From Nemertoderma westbladi (Eukaryota; Animalia; Xenacoelomorpha), in the NCBI GenBank assembly GCA_032718475.1, contig JAUCBJ010004350.1, positions 1 to 64,000 of the forward strand: a stretch of DNA of 64,000 nt. Direction: 5' to 3'. Positions 1 through 12,797 of the stretch are shown here, one piece after another. Positions within the stretch are counted from its first letter, which is position 1, and every line of letters starts with the position of its first letter. The notes beneath the pieces were generated by a model, which was not told where the DNA came from, made no database searches, and saw only the letters and a list, made by a program, of their open reading frames with translations. A program made the translations under genes and the position numbers.

Positions 1-585
1 ATAAACTTAAACATACTACTACACTCCCCCTCCTGATAACTCAATGCTGGAGCCCCGAATTGCTACAAAGGAGGAGGTTTCTACTGACATTATATATTTT
101 CCCTTGGCTTCTGCTGCCGAACCAGATGGCCTCCGTCCCGGCCATCTACCTGATATGATAAGTCGTTCCACAGCAGTGGCATGAGATAGGCTACTCAACG
201 AGCTGACAAACTTCACAAACATGGCACTGCATGGTGATGTACCAGAATTTGCCCTGTTAATATTCTATGGGGCATCCCTATACGCCCTATTGCTGCTGTT
301 GGTAATACTCTACATCGTTTGGTAACCAAAGTGGGCTTCAGGCCACTATCTGATGAACTTGGAAAAAAGCTCAGACCTACTCAGCTAGGTTTTGGAACAA
401 ACGGTGGCTATGAAGCTGCAGTGCACAATTATGTTGATTATACATTCCTCAGTGCAGCACGTGAACACATACCTGTCTATACCCCCTCCTTTGGCAGGCG
501 TATGCTACCCCGACATCTCTCCTCTTCGGTGAATCTGTTAACAGGGTGACCCATCAGGTCCAGCTTTATTTGTCCTTGCCAGGCA
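1..585 (+). mobile_element. Degenerate CRE-clade non-LTR retrotransposon RT fragment
   Basis: Frameshifted + strand motifs SAAEPDGLRPGHL, AVGNTLHRLVTKV, LRPTQLGFGTNGGYEAAVH and QGDPSGPALFVL, typical of CRE-type RT domains 0-4; interrupted by frameshifts and deletions. Confidence 0.7.
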
Positions 586-1214
586 GGATGAGGCTCACAA
601 TAAATGACTCTCCAAATGTGAGCTAATTCTACTTAACCATTCACCAGTAGATTCGCGCTGTACCATAGGTCGACTTCTGAAATGTCCCCCCCCCATCGAT
701 TTTTCTAAAAAAAAACTGTATGAAATTTGAAACAGGACTAGTTGAACCTCCCTCTTCGTTGTTGGTTGAGCCAGAATTTTTATTTTAATTTTTCATGACA
801 AAATGTATATGCCACAGCTATATTGCCTACTATTGGTGAAGTAAACCTAACGTCAAAGTGTATGATGTTGAGTTAATGAATTAACAATTTGCACTGCACA
901 TCTAATAAATAATGCTGTTTTGCGGTTGATATATGAAGGATAACAATTCAAACAAAAAATAACCATTGTGTGACATATCTATTGCCCTATACACCTCCTA
1001 CCAAGGAAGGGAAGTAAAATTCGGGATGGAGATTATTTTCAAAGAACAATCACGTAACCATATGTGGGCGTGGGGGATAGTTGGGGAATATAATGCTGGA
1101 GTATTCAGTCCCGGAGTGATTGAGGACTCATAATTGTAATGTTTTAGATTACATACCACAGAGTTACACAACTCGTTATTAATCGTATAGATTTTATACA
1201 TAATACTGTATAGA

Positions 1215-2634
1215 CTAAGCAATTGAGTTGAGAGTTGATGTACCACCAGGTTTACTTTTTCTATCAAGTTCTTCACTTAGTGCTGTTAGTTGACATTTGA
1301 AATATTTTATTTCAGTGACACTCAAAAGACTGCAAGGATGTTCTAGAATAGAGTTGAATTGGCTTGTGATACCGCCAATAGTTTGCAGTATAGTGACATC
1401 CCTACAACTAGTTCGCATGGTAACAGCCAATAACCATGGCAACACGTTGTTCCTTCGGAGAAGTTCGACGGCGGGTTTATCTAAAGAAGCGGCGCGTCCA
1501 ATCAACATTAGCGTCGCCTTGACTACCAACAAATCACCCAATGGGGAATCCGCGTAGGCCATCAGCAGTTTAAAGAGGAAACATTTCCCTTGGTACCAGT
1601 AGAAGTCATCGGTGGTCTTCATGCCATCGACGACGACATCGAGGATGAACTCACGCTCTCGTCGGAAAGATAAACTCGAAGAAAACAACTGAGTGTAAAA
1701 GTTTGGCACCGTAATCGGGTAAATAACCGGTTTCACGAAGATAAACTTACTTATTGTCCGGTACATCGGAAGGTTTTCGGATGCTCGCAGTAGGATCTTA
1801 CACGCCTTCCCGATGAAAACGCAAACCGCGTTGCAGAGCTTCTCGTTGTTCTGTGTGATCCCGTTCTTGAGGCACTCTAGCGTGTATTTAATGAGAATTT
1901 TCTCTTTGAACTCGGCGGAATCAAGTTGGTCGCTAAACTCCGCGAGGATGTGGTACCCGACGGAGCGAACCGAGGCAAAATTGGAGCCGAGAGCGGAAAC
2001 AGCCAGGCCGAAACAACCGAGGGAGATGAAACGCCGGGCGTCGAGGAGAGAGTCGGGGGAGACCAAACTGGAGAAGAGAGGAAGGAGGAATGCGGGGTCG
2101 TATAGAGGGGTCGGAGGCGAAGAGGTCGTATCTAGGACGGGGCCAATGAGGGGGCTATCAGCTGGGAAACGCAACGCCGATGACGTCATAATATATTCGT
2201 CCAGCAAATCCAGTACGTCCGCGGAGCTCGGCTTATCCCAAACAGCCCGCTTGGAGGCGCTACTCACAGCAGAGCCCCACAGAAAGGGAGACAAGGAACT
2301 GATATCAACCCCTGACTCCTCTATTTTGTGTATAAGTAGGAGGATATTGCGGTTGTGGGTCGTAAGAACAGGTTCGTATACACCGAACAATGTTCTCACC
2401 AATTCCAAACATTTATCTCTAATTACTGGCTTCATTTCAATACATCCAATCAAAGTAGACAATACTTTAACCAGAATACCACCGGGTTCCGGAGTTTGAA
2501 GTGTTTCTGAAAGTCGCTTGTCAAGGGCAACTAATACAAACAACACCTCCGCATTGTTGTTGGGGGCTAACGGTAGAAGTTGCGTCGCAATTTCATCTAA
2601 TAGAAGCAGTAACCATAGGTTGTCGTACATCAAT
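1215..2634 (-). CDS. URB1: URB1 last coding exon (C-terminal NopRA1 domain)
   Basis: YDPAFLLPLFSSLV...RFISLGCFGLAVSALGS...VRSVGYHILAEF...VPNFYTQLFSSSLSFRREREFIL resembles the NopRA1 domain. Acceptor tcttag at 2640-2635; the phase-2 join GG|A restores the frame. Confidence 0.9.
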
Positions 2635-4288
2635 CTAAGAGATAATTATTATTTATCAAAATAATATGTTAAAAAATATAATTTAAGCTTATCAGAGTTG
2701 ACTTGCCATATACTACAGTATGTAGTGTGTAATACAGTGGAGCAATACACCACATGTGACTCCGTTACTTGGAAAAAAAATATAGTGGGCTCTGTTATGC
2801 TTCAAAATTATGATAATTACTATGATGAAGTAGAAAAGTGGGGTGAATTTGTAAATCTTTGCTCCATGAAAATTTCACATATTAGCATGGCAACAGGGGT
2901 CATTAACAAAACTCAATTTTCCAAGGCTCATGCAGAATTGTAACCCTGGAACTACCACGACCCCCCCCCCCCACCCCCACCCCCCTCTCCCCTGAATCGC
3001 CAGCCAGGGAATCTATTGTGGTAATTGTCATTTGCTCGGACATGAAACTGAGTAGTTTTACGGTAAATATCAATATTGGCCAATAGAATATGGGTAATAC
3101 TGTAGAATATGGGACGGTTAATAAGTACATTTTTCATGGAGTCAATTCAAATTATCCCCTCTTTTGCGTTTCATAATAGCAATCGTCATGCTTCAATCTT
3201 CATTAATTTTCGCTTGTGCTCAATAAAATAATAGTTAAATATTATAGTTAAAGGGGGGGGGGGGGGGGGGGGGGGGATTTAATTGCAATATTTAATATAT
3301 ATTTGACTTAAAGTCCAAGAGGAAATTCGAAATGCTACACCAAAGGAGTAGATTTCGCATTTCCCTTTGGAGTAGAATTCATTTCGAGTGTCAGTTTTAA
3401 CATTTGATGACTTCCAAATTGTCTGTTTGGCTGTCAGGCTGTCGGTTATATTTTGACGGACAGACTGACACGCAGTCAGACGACGAGGCCAAATTTGAAT
3501 ACGGACCAAGAAAACCCATATAGAGGCCTAAGTAATTTTTTAGAAGATAGTATGCTTTCGATTGTATTGGAGACATACTGACTGACGGATCAGTCAAACG
3601 GAGTGACAGTTTGACTGACAGCAATATATAGACATTTATTATTATTGGAGGTAAGATTTATATATATTCGAGGTTAAGAAGAACCCTAGATCCCTTCCTT
3701 ATAAATATATATAGATGTAAGAGAGAATCTGCTCTAGATGAAATAGAAAAAGAATTGAAAGCCAGTACTCCCTACCTAACGCTGCGTCAGTGAATAATGC
3801 TGAAGTTATTCGATTATACGGTTATACTGTATTATACGGTTCATAACATTTCAAAATAGTCTATATCTATAATAACGAATTTAATTCATCTGTAAAATGA
3901 TTTAAATATAATGTATATTATATAGTATATGCAAGTCAGCAGGAGGCATTCAAAGGGCTACATATAGAGATGGTTATAATGCCAAGTCAATAACTACTAT
4001 ATAGACAAACAAAGGAAAATTAACATAGCGTTTATAATTAAATGTAAAGTGTCAAAGCATATTGATTCGAGCCAAAACACATGCGCGTATTGTATATTGC
4101 GAGGTAAAACACTCACCTTGTGAATGCCAATAAATGCCTTACAAACAAATCTTTCTACATTAAATACTCTAATTTAATTTTATCATAAAACGCATAAATA
4201 AATTATAAAAAATAATTAATAAAATATATACCATAATATACAGATTTAGGCTTCCTCTAAATAATACATATTCCCATTGGAGTTAACA

Positions 4289-4468
4289 ATGTCTAAAGCA
4301 AAGATAAATAAAAGAGGCAACCTCCAGAGCAATCTACAACAAGCAATTCTTCGAGACAACAAGAGTGTAAGGTTACTGCATGAGGAAGAGATAAGAGATA
4401 TTGATAAATACAAAACGGACGCAACAAGAAGACTGGCAAGATCATACAGGGCCTTTATTGTGGACCAG
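4289..4468 (+). CDS. Nested orphan gene, exon 1 (MSKAKINKRGNLQSNLQQAIL...IVDQ)
   Basis: ATG at 4289, 60 codons, donor CAG|GTGAGG at 4469; coiled-coil-like composition. Confidence 0.6.
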
Positions 4469-4940
4469 GTGAGGGAGTAGGTAAAGTCACTTGTCAGCTA
4501 TGAGATTTATCTCATGGAATAACCAATATTGTTTGTTATGCCTTTATTAATTATAGCGTTATGAGTACCGGTAGACCAGATAAATATCAACAAATTCATA
4601 AAAAGGTATATTATTCTACGTGGACGTTATGTAGTTCCGAAGTGTAATTAAATAAACTGTAATTGGAATGTTTGTTAAGCAACGTGCTGGAAGTAAAAAG
4701 GGCGTTTATCTAAAAAAAAAGAAAAAAAAGGTGCGACACCTATTATATGACGCCCATTGCGGCTGGACTGCTTGGATAAATCTTGAAATATACTGGACGC
4801 TGCTCATCAACATACTCACTCAAACGTGATTGAAGTAAGTTTGGATTGCTGCGCTTCCCAATTGTTAGGAACTGTTACACGCGACTCTTTTCGTTTCCTT
4901 ACTTGGCTCTATGATAATAAAATATCTTGTTTTAAAAAAG

Positions 4941-5071
4941 GCTGTTAAAGAACAGGATCTACGAGATCAGGAACTTCCACATCGACCATGGGTCGACGAC
5001 TCGTGGATGACTTTGACGGAATCCGACGTTAAATTACGGCGTCCGTTCGCACATTACGAAGAACCAGAAAG
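4941..5071 (+). CDS. Nested orphan gene, exon 2 (AVKEQDLRDQELPHRPWVDDSW...EEPE)
   Basis: AG acceptor at 4939-4940, open in phase 0, donor AG|GTAAAT at 5072. Confidence 0.6.
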
Positions 5072-5180
5072 GTAAATAAATATACTAATCATCTAGAGTA
5101 GTAAATTGGTAGTCATCAAATAACATTTATCTCATCATCAGAAATAGTGGTACTTGTTTATAAATCTCAATTTATCGCAG

Positions 5181-5715
5181 ATCGTTACTAACTAGAGGGG
5201 GTTGTAAGCCAACGGCGCCATCAACTAATATCGATGAGAGTAAAGATGATGAAATTATAGGAGAAACCAACACGACAGACCCTGATAAATCTGTTAAAAC
5301 AGATGAAACAATACAAGAAATTATTCTTGATAATGAAAAATTAAAAGACCCAGTTAATCTTAAAGAGGAAACCAAGGATAATATAGAAAAATCGCAAATA
5401 CAAAAGTCGCGGTCAAAACGAGACCCCGAGACAATCCCCGCAGTATTAACTGAGAACGCGAACATAAAACCCGGTATGTGGACGAAAACCCGGATTAAAT
5501 ACCACAAGCCTCGATCCGTACGTGGAGTGACTGACTCGAGATTCCTTGAGCTAATGGCCTCATTGGCGCACAAACAGAAGACAACGTACGTGCTCAAAGA
5601 GATTCCCAAGGAAGATGTTTGGTTCGACACCGAGTCGAGAGCAGAAGGTGATGAAGACGAAATCAGTGTTGACATAGACCTGGCTCCTCCAAGGATGACT
5701 ATCAGATGTTACTAG
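5181..5715 (+). CDS. Nested orphan gene, exon 3 (acidic linker, then ...FLELMASLAHKQ...PPRMTIRCY*)
   Basis: Acceptor tttatcgcag at 5171-5180; the phase-2 join stays open and in frame with ORF 5476-5715. AATAAA-like signals follow. Spliced product is about 280 aa. Confidence 0.6.
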
Positions 5716-6055
5716 ATAACAATGATAACTAATAATACTCGTTAAGATTTAAAGCATAAAATAAAATAAATAGTAAATTAAATTAAATTATCATTATAAT
5801 ATAAATTTACATTAAATAATTAATAAGTTGTTTCTCAGCATCGAAACGGAAAGGTTCAAAAAGGCACTTCCTAGATGGTTATGGTTATGTTGTTGTATTA
5901 AATGGGGCTATAATATAGAAAACAGCTACGACGGATTCTCTCAAAGCAAACAAAAAACTGAATGGGTAATAGTTATGGGAACTATCAGTAATGTAATAAA
6001 GTAGATTGTTTCCCTCTTTACTCGTTGTGTTAGATAGTCCATAGCTTGGGGGAGA

Positions 6056-7001
6056 TTATTGTGGTTGACTATGTTCTACGCATGTCCTTAGATCATTATA
6101 ATGATGATGGGGTGATGATAACTCCACCTACTGGCTCCAGAAGTCGAGGAAATCCTGCCAAGTACCTAACTGATCTAGACTTTGCTGATGACTTAGGAGT
6201 ACTCTCAGAATCATTAGAGGGAGCCCAACGGCTCCTCAGCTCATTAGAACATGCTGCTTCTAGTGTTGGTCTTTTTATTAACTCCAGAAAGACCAAAATT
6301 CTGACAGTTAACTTTGAAAGTCCTCAGCAAGTCTCTGATCGGATGAGCATAAGCTCAAAGGATGGTATGCTTGAGCATGTGGACGACTTCTGTTACCTGG
6401 GATCATGGATCCGGAAGTCAGGTGAGGACCTTCGAATACGTAAGGGAAAGGCATGGGCAGCCTTGAATAGGCTTTCCAGGATTTGGAAGTCACCGAAAAT
6501 TAATCGGAAACTTAAGGTCCGATTATTTAGAGCAGCAGTAGTTCCAGTACTCCTCTACGGGAGTCCATGCTGGGCTCTAACTGCTGAGGACACCAAATCT
6601 CTGGATGGCACATTCACAAGAATGCTACGCCGGGTTCATTGTGTCAAGTACAATGCACACATCTCCAACCAGACACTATATAACATTGGAGGTGTCTCAT
6701 TGGTTCCCCCAAGCTTGACACTAGAACAAAATCGCCTCCGCTTTGCAGGACATTGCTTTCGCCGTGAGGACCAGCCAGTGCATAATCTTGTACTTTGGCA
6801 GCCTCATGGAGTGAATAAGCATGGTGGACAGCCCATGACTTTCTTGAGACGCATCTTAAAGGACACTGGCCTTGAAGATGCGGATGATCTAGCAAATGTC
6901 ATGGATGATAGGTGCAATTTTGTTGACAAGCCGGCACAGCATTCTTAAAAATGCAGCTGCAATGCAGCATGCCGATCCTAGTAGTAGTAGTAGTAGTAGT
7001 A
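6056..7001 (+). mobile_element. 5'-truncated RTE-like LINE (copy 1), (TAG)n tail, 8-bp TSD GGGGGAGA
   Basis: RT C-terminal half (LDFADD, FCYLGS, VLLYGS, RLRFAGH); near-identical to 44663-45597; TSD at 6048-6055 and 7002-7009. Confidence 0.9.
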
Positions 7002-7307
7002 GGGGGAGACTATAAAACACCAAGTTGTGTAAATGTATAATTTAAATTTTTTTCATATAATGCATCAAATTATCCCCCTGATCCGACCCTATAAACTACA
7101 ACAACAAGGCAGAAGCAAGTTACACGCTCGCTGGGCCTTCGCGCAGCACGAGGCTCAGTTATGAGACACAAAAGTAAAGTTGAGCGATTCTATCACAAAA
7201 TCGTTATTTAAGTAATTTAATCAAACCGCCAATAAATGAAATAAGAAGTGACAATTCCTCCCGTTCCACCCCCATTATAATCCCAACTCAAAGGCGCACA
7301 GAGGGTA

Positions 7308-8188
7308 CCAGTCCGTGAGATTGATGACATGTTGGTATTGACAGAGAATTTGTGTTATATAACCAAGAGATTGTAGGCCACCCAGTTTGTCAGAAATATT
7401 AAATGACCAGGCCGTGAGATTGATGACATGTTGGTATTGAAAGAGAATTTGTGTTTTATAACCAAGAGATTGTAGGCCACCCAGTTTGTCAGAAATATTA
7501 AATGACCAGGCCGTGAGATTGACGACATGTTGGTATTGAAAGAGAATTTGTGTTTTATAACCAAGAGATTGTAGGCCACCCAGTTTGTCAGAAATATTAA
7601 ATGACCAGGCCGTGAGATTGATGACATGTTGGTATTGAAAGAGAATTTGTGTTTTATAACCAAGAGATTGTAGGCCACCCAGTTTGTCAGAAATATTAAA
7701 TGACCAGGCCGTGAGATTGATGACATGTTGGTATTGAAAGAGAATTTGTGTTTTATAACCAAGAGATTGTAGGCCACCCAGTTTGTCAGAAATATTAAAT
7801 GACCAGGCCGTGAGATTGATGACATGTTGGTATTGAAAGAGAATTTGTGTTTTATAACCAAGAGATTGTAGGCCACCCAGTTTGTCAGAAATATTAAATG
7901 ACCAGGCCGTGAGATTGATGACATGTTGGTATTGAAAGATAAATTTGTGTTTTATAACCAAGAGATTGTAGGCCACCCAGTTTGTCAGAAATATTAAATG
8001 ACCAGGCCGTGAGATTGATGACATGTTGGTATTGAAAGAGAATTTGTGTTTTATAACCAAGAGATTGTAGGCCACCCAGTTTGTCAGAAATATTAAATGA
8101 CCAGGATGACATGTTGGTATTGAAAGAGAATTTGTGTTTTATAACCAAGAGATTGTAGGCCACCCAGTTTGTCAGAAATATTAAATGA
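7308..8188. repeat. 99-bp tandem repeat, about 9 near-identical copies
   Basis: Unit gccgtgagattgatgacatgttggtattgaaagagaatttg...aaatgaccag; the 33-aa periodic ORFs arise from the repeat. Confidence 0.95.
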
Positions 8189-9510
8189 TCCTGAAAATTT
8201 ACCAGATCCATGTCTTAAAAATAATTTAGATAATTCTAAAGAATCCCCATTAAAACTCAAGAAAATCGTTTTGCGAAATAAACAATTTTGTATGTTTCGC
8301 TACGATTGAATAAGTATAAGGCCAGTGCTCCACTAGTAAAGTCATAAGTCAAAACTTCAAAAATAATTAATTTAATCTTATAGTAGAAAATATTTAATTT
8401 CTATGAAAGACACGCTAAAAATAACGCTATTTATCGCATCTTATCGAAGGCCACACGCAATTCAACTTGGAAATTCGTGGTGGAAAATTTATACTGTAGT
8501 TTGGTTAGATTTCACCGAGGATTGGTAGTGTCATTAACGTTTAAATATTTGACAAGACAGAGCGACAGCTTGATTAATGGTATCATTAATCGTAATGCTA
8601 AGGCTCAGTTTACTTCGTGGCTCGCCCATAGTGCATTTAAGATCAATGAAATATTCTGCTGAGATAGCAATGGGATTGTAAGATATCGCGAGAGAGGTAG
8701 TTGGTGGAACACACACATGTGCAACAATCGCTAATAAAAAGCGAATAAAGGTAATACGTCAGATATTGCCCGAACATGTGCAAGCATTCAGAAAGCTATT
8801 AGATTAATTGCAATAAGAAACAGTAAATCTCTTCACATTCATTTAGATCGAGCGCGCGAACCCCGTTTAAATCTTTAAATTAATGTTACTATTACCTAGT
8901 AGTTCGCCCATGTGAAGAATACCAGGATTTCACTTTTCGACTTTTTATTGGAATTTTATATATGAAGATTTTTTATTTTTTTTTAATTTATCTTTATTAA
9001 GTGTTTTTATAGCGCTTATTTCTGTCTTATAACCTATACATTACTAATTCGTTTATTGTTTTGGTTAGATTCAGCCCTTCTGTAACCTGTGCTTTTGGTG
9101 AAAACCTGGTATTCTTCACATGGGGGTAACAGCAAAGTGAAATATAACGGTAGAAAGTCTGGTATTATTCACATGGGTCGAGTAGTTAGAAAGAAACTAA
9201 GGTTTGTGGTGGTACCGGTACGTGGGTGGTGGTGGTGGTGGGGGGGGGGGGGGGGGGGGGGGGTGATATAATATGACACTTACGTGAGGACTTCGCGCAG
9301 CACGACAATAGATTTACAAACTTATTAGCGTTCAAATATTTTCAACAACGACGACGGACGGTTCATTAATGGTTCCACTACGCCAAGGCTCACCTGGACT
9401 AACATGGTTCGCCCCACACTCAAATTGCAAAATTACTTTAAACCAGGCAGTGTTTAAACTAACTTAGTTAACTAATCTGAATATTTAAAACTTGTAAATA
9501 AACAATATAA

Positions 9511-9740
9511 GGCGGGGTAACTCAGTTGGTTGAGCGCCGGGCTAACTATCTTATGGTTGTAGGTTGAACCCCGTCAGAGTCAATTCAAACTTTAATCCAC
9601 TGGGGCCGAGAAAATGAGCTTCAGTTGAATTACTGGGGGCAAAACTTTGGATAGGAGTCCTAGAGTACTTTCGGGTAGCAACTATCGAAAGTGGAGCCTA
9701 GGGTAGGGTCACCTCTAGCTTCAGGCCGAATGCTTGATTT
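9511..9740 (+). mobile_element. tRNA-derived SINE-like element
   Basis: Head GGCGGGGTAACTCAGTTGGTTGAGCG (A box) ... GGTTGAACCCC (degenerate B box), followed by a non-tRNA body; no intact cloverleaf. Confidence 0.55.
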
Positions 9741-9847
9741 GATATACCAATTTAGTTTATAGTTTATAAACAAGATTATAACAATTATAGAATAAATTAA
9801 CTAAATAAAAAGCAACATCAATTTTGCTGACTTAGATTGCAACTAAC

Positions 9848-11443
9848 ATGAGTTCAGAGGGCATTCAAGAAGACACCAATTATGACGTCATTGCGGTAAA
9901 TTGTGAGAATGCTAGAGAAGACTCTATAGAATCCCCCCCAACGCTTTACAAACTCCGAGCCATTTTGGAAACAGCCAATCGTGATCAAAACGACATCGCA
10001 CAGTTGCGTAGAAACAACCAACCGGTCACCTTCACACACATCGACCTAACGTTGGAGCAAATCGAGGAAACCTTGAAATACTTTGTCAGCTGCGCAGCTC
10101 GAGCCAATCGAATGAAGGCGACCTACTCGGACGTGGGTCTGGTATCCAAACTATTGGATGAAAGTCAGAAGGACCTGGAGTTAGCCGCCAAAATAGGCCA
10201 ATCAATGTTGGAGCAAATACGGTTGCTAATTGATCCCCAAGGAGAAGCACCACCCAGCGGTGGGAATACGAATTTGTTGGAATGCAGCACTGAAAGCGCG
10301 TACCTAAATTCAACGGTAGGTGGCGTGGATGAAGAATGGTTGATCCACCCACAGCATGATGTTGGAATGGAAGATGAAATAACCAATGATTTAAGAGAAC
10401 GCGGCTTGCACATACACAACCGCATACGAGAACTAGAAGTACAAAACTCGAGTCTCCACGTGGAGAAGACGATATTGTGTCAGGAGTTTGATAATTACAG
10501 CGAAATGGAAAGTCAACTTATAGACGACTGTGTGGAGAGGTTGGAAGATACGAGTAAACAAGTGGACCAACTCAAAGACGACCTAAATGTCAGTCTTTCT
10601 GAGAACCAACGACAACACTGCGAGATGCTGCGTTTAATGGGTCATTTGTCAGACACGATGGGAAAATACAACAACTTATCCGTCAAGTACAGAACGTTGT
10701 TGAGGTCGTTGTGGAAGACTAAAGATTCTAAGAGAGAAATTGTTGAGGAATTAAACAAGATCAAACAAGAGCACACGGCGTCTCTAAAGGAACTAAACGA
10801 GGCCAAAGAGAGAGAAAATGTTGTGGACAGCGATGCTTGGAATCGGGGATCGATAACCAAGCGAATCCGGAAACAAATACAGAGGAAAATATCGGTCGAG
10901 CGCAGAAAGCAGAACGAGAATCGGAGTAAACGTCACGGCGTTGCTATGGCAACAGTGCGCAGCGCGTCGACGGCGCGTCGCTCACGAAGCGCAAGCAGAA
11001 CGACATCAATGGGGAGAGCGGTGACGTCACCGGATAGTGATCGGGCGGATCAGCTGATTCTCCCGGAGTCGTTAAATCCAGAGGAATCCCGAGAAATCCG
11101 CTCGATTATTCGGCTGGCGACGCGAAGAAACGCCAATCTGGTGTGGCAGAAATACCGAGAGACCGGGAACTTGTACAGCAACCAATCAAACTCTAGCGAC
11201 AACGACACCAATAGCGACGCTTACTACTTCGGGAGACCACAGCCCCTGTCCATAGTGAAACCGACCGAGGGTTCTAGAACGCTACACCGTTGGCAATCGT
11301 TGGCTAGAAGTAGAAGTTTATCTACGGGAACAATGTTTCTTGACCCGCCCGGTGTAATTCAACAAAACGTTTCTCGAGTCCAGGAAGTAGGGGAGATATG
11401 TTACAACTCGTCGGCGAGAGGGATGGCGTCTTATGGGATATAA
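9848..11443 (+). CDS. TRAK: Trafficking kinesin-binding protein (TRAK/Milton, HAP1_N family), intronless, 531 aa
   Basis: HAP1_N signature LTLEQIEETLKYF..C..R..MKATYSD...LLDESQKDLELAAKIGQSML, long coiled coil, and Milton motif LSIVKPTEGSRTLHRWQSLA. Confidence 0.9.
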   Translation: MSSEGIQEDTNYDVIAVNCENAREDSIESPPTLYKLRAILETANRDQNDIAQLRRNNQPVTFTHIDLTLEQIEETLKYFVSCAARANRMKATYSDVGLVSKLLDESQKDLELAAKIGQSMLEQIRLLIDPQGEAPPSGGNTNLLECSTESAYLNSTVGGVDEEWLIHPQHDVGMEDEITNDLRERGLHIHNRIRELEVQNSSLHVEKTILCQEFDNYSEMESQLIDDCVERLEDTSKQVDQLKDDLNVSLSENQRQHCEMLRLMGHLSDTMGKYNNLSVKYRTLLRSLWKTKDSKREIVEELNKIKQEHTASLKELNEAKERENVVDSDAWNRGSITKRIRKQIQRKISVERRKQNENRSKRHGVAMATVRSASTARRSRSASRTTSMGRAVTSPDSDRADQLILPESLNPEESREIRSIIRLATRRNANLVWQKYRETGNLYSNQSNSSDNDTNSDAYYFGRPQPLSIVKPTEGSRTLHRWQSLARSRSLSTGTMFLDPPGVIQQNVSRVQEVGEICYNSSARGMASYGI

Positions 11444-11544
11444 CAATCCTTTACGTAATACAGATAATTCTAGTATATATGCAAAGTGTTACATAATACA
11501 AATGCATACATCATGCGATAATGGTATATAATATGTCGTGCAAA

Positions 11545-12120
11545 TAGTGGCACTTTCGGAATGAAGATGGACCCCCCCCCCCCCCCCCCCCCACCCTCAA
11601 ATTGTTCTACAAACCTTTATTATCATATTGCATGAAATTTGAAACACAACTAGTTCAACTCACCGTCAATGTCCTACAGTAATGAAGTTGGAATTTTCGA
11701 CTTTGCCTTTAATTTTTTTGTAACCATTTTAAAAAAGCGTCTTTTGCGAAATCGCACTCTCCGAATCGTAATGATATGATAAAATAACGTCTAATGTGAA
11801 GAATGGCCACGAAACGGAGGGTGCGATTTCGCAAAAGACACTTTTTCAAAACGCTTAAATAAAAAATGTATTTAAAGGATAAATCTAAAATTCCGGCTAA
11901 ATGGGGACAACTGAACGACGGTGAGTTGAGCTAAAGTCCATTTCTTTAAATTAGGCAGCAGCTTATTTTTTGCCATAAAACTTCGTGAGTTTTGATCGTA
12001 GTGAGGTGATTTGGGGCTCATTCTGTTCGGAATATAACGATTTTATTCAAATCCACGTCCAATTTTATGATTTTATTATGTTTTCTCATCCAAATGTGTC
12101 ATAAGAAAATGACACTCCGT
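11545..12120. repeat. Dispersed MITE-like repeat family (related pieces at about 660-800, 46380-46520, 47580-47870, 60410-60580, 61520-61715)
   Basis: Shared motifs (ac)tagttcaactcaccgtc and cattctgttcggaatataacgattttattcaaatccacgtccaatt; 11880-12095 is the reverse complement of 47580-47795. Confidence 0.7.
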
Positions 12121-12322
12121 CTCTATTACGGGAATACGGGTCGTGGTGTATTTAAATTAATACAATTTTGGTTTTTAATTAAACTTAATACAATAACCTA
12201 GCTAAGCAGTGTGACAACAAAACAGTCAATAATTAGGTTGTCAAATACTACGTGTACAACCCCACATAATTACATTAAACTACAAACTGCTGCAATATAT
12301 TATTTATGAGGCCAAAACTAAC

Positions 12323-12559
12323 CCAAATGCGGCAGAGACCGCGGCAATAACTTTATCCATACAATTAGATTCGAGTTTATCGCTCCTTAGAATCCGCAGT
12401 ACAACCTTGCAACAGAGTTCAGATAGAGAGATGGATGGGTTATTGGTGTCATTTACAGCTTTACTGAGGGAAGCCAATGCGCGTCGCAATAATGTTGTCC
12501 GTGGTAGTTGTGGGAGAGTTTCATTCGAGAATAATAACAGGAGGACGGTTGCTAGGGAC
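12323..12559 (-). CDS. URB1: URB1 internal exon (SLATVLLLLFSNETLPQLP...AVSAAF)
   Basis: Acceptor tattcctgcag at 12570-12560, donor GG|GTTAGT at 12322; phase 2 at both ends fits both neighbouring exons. Confidence 0.75.
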
Positions 12560-12797
12560 CTGCAGGAATATGCATTGAATCGACTCTATTGAGGTAACAT
12601 TAATACCTCTTCTGTTTCGGGCTTACCGGACATAAAAAGTACTAACAATAAAACGCACTATGATTAATAGTGAAATAATTATACGTCTTCGGTTCTAAAC
12701 ATTAAATAAAAAAATGTATAGGAAAAAAACGCATATTTATTGTTTCTTGGGAAAGATTCATTGTCGACCATCCTCGGATTAGGGCATAAACGAGTAA

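Noticed and set aside
1297-2499. + strand ORFs of 86 and 228 aa
   Set aside because: Antisense shadows of the URB1 last exon.
5172-5675. 167-aa minus-strand ORF as a URB1 exon
   Set aside because: It is the shadow of the + strand orphan exon 3, and URB1 exons 12323 and 2634 already join in phase.
9511-9585. Functional tRNA genes (also 17915-18000, 23877, 46620)
   Set aside because: A and B boxes are present but the stems do not close, and most continue into SINE-like bodies.
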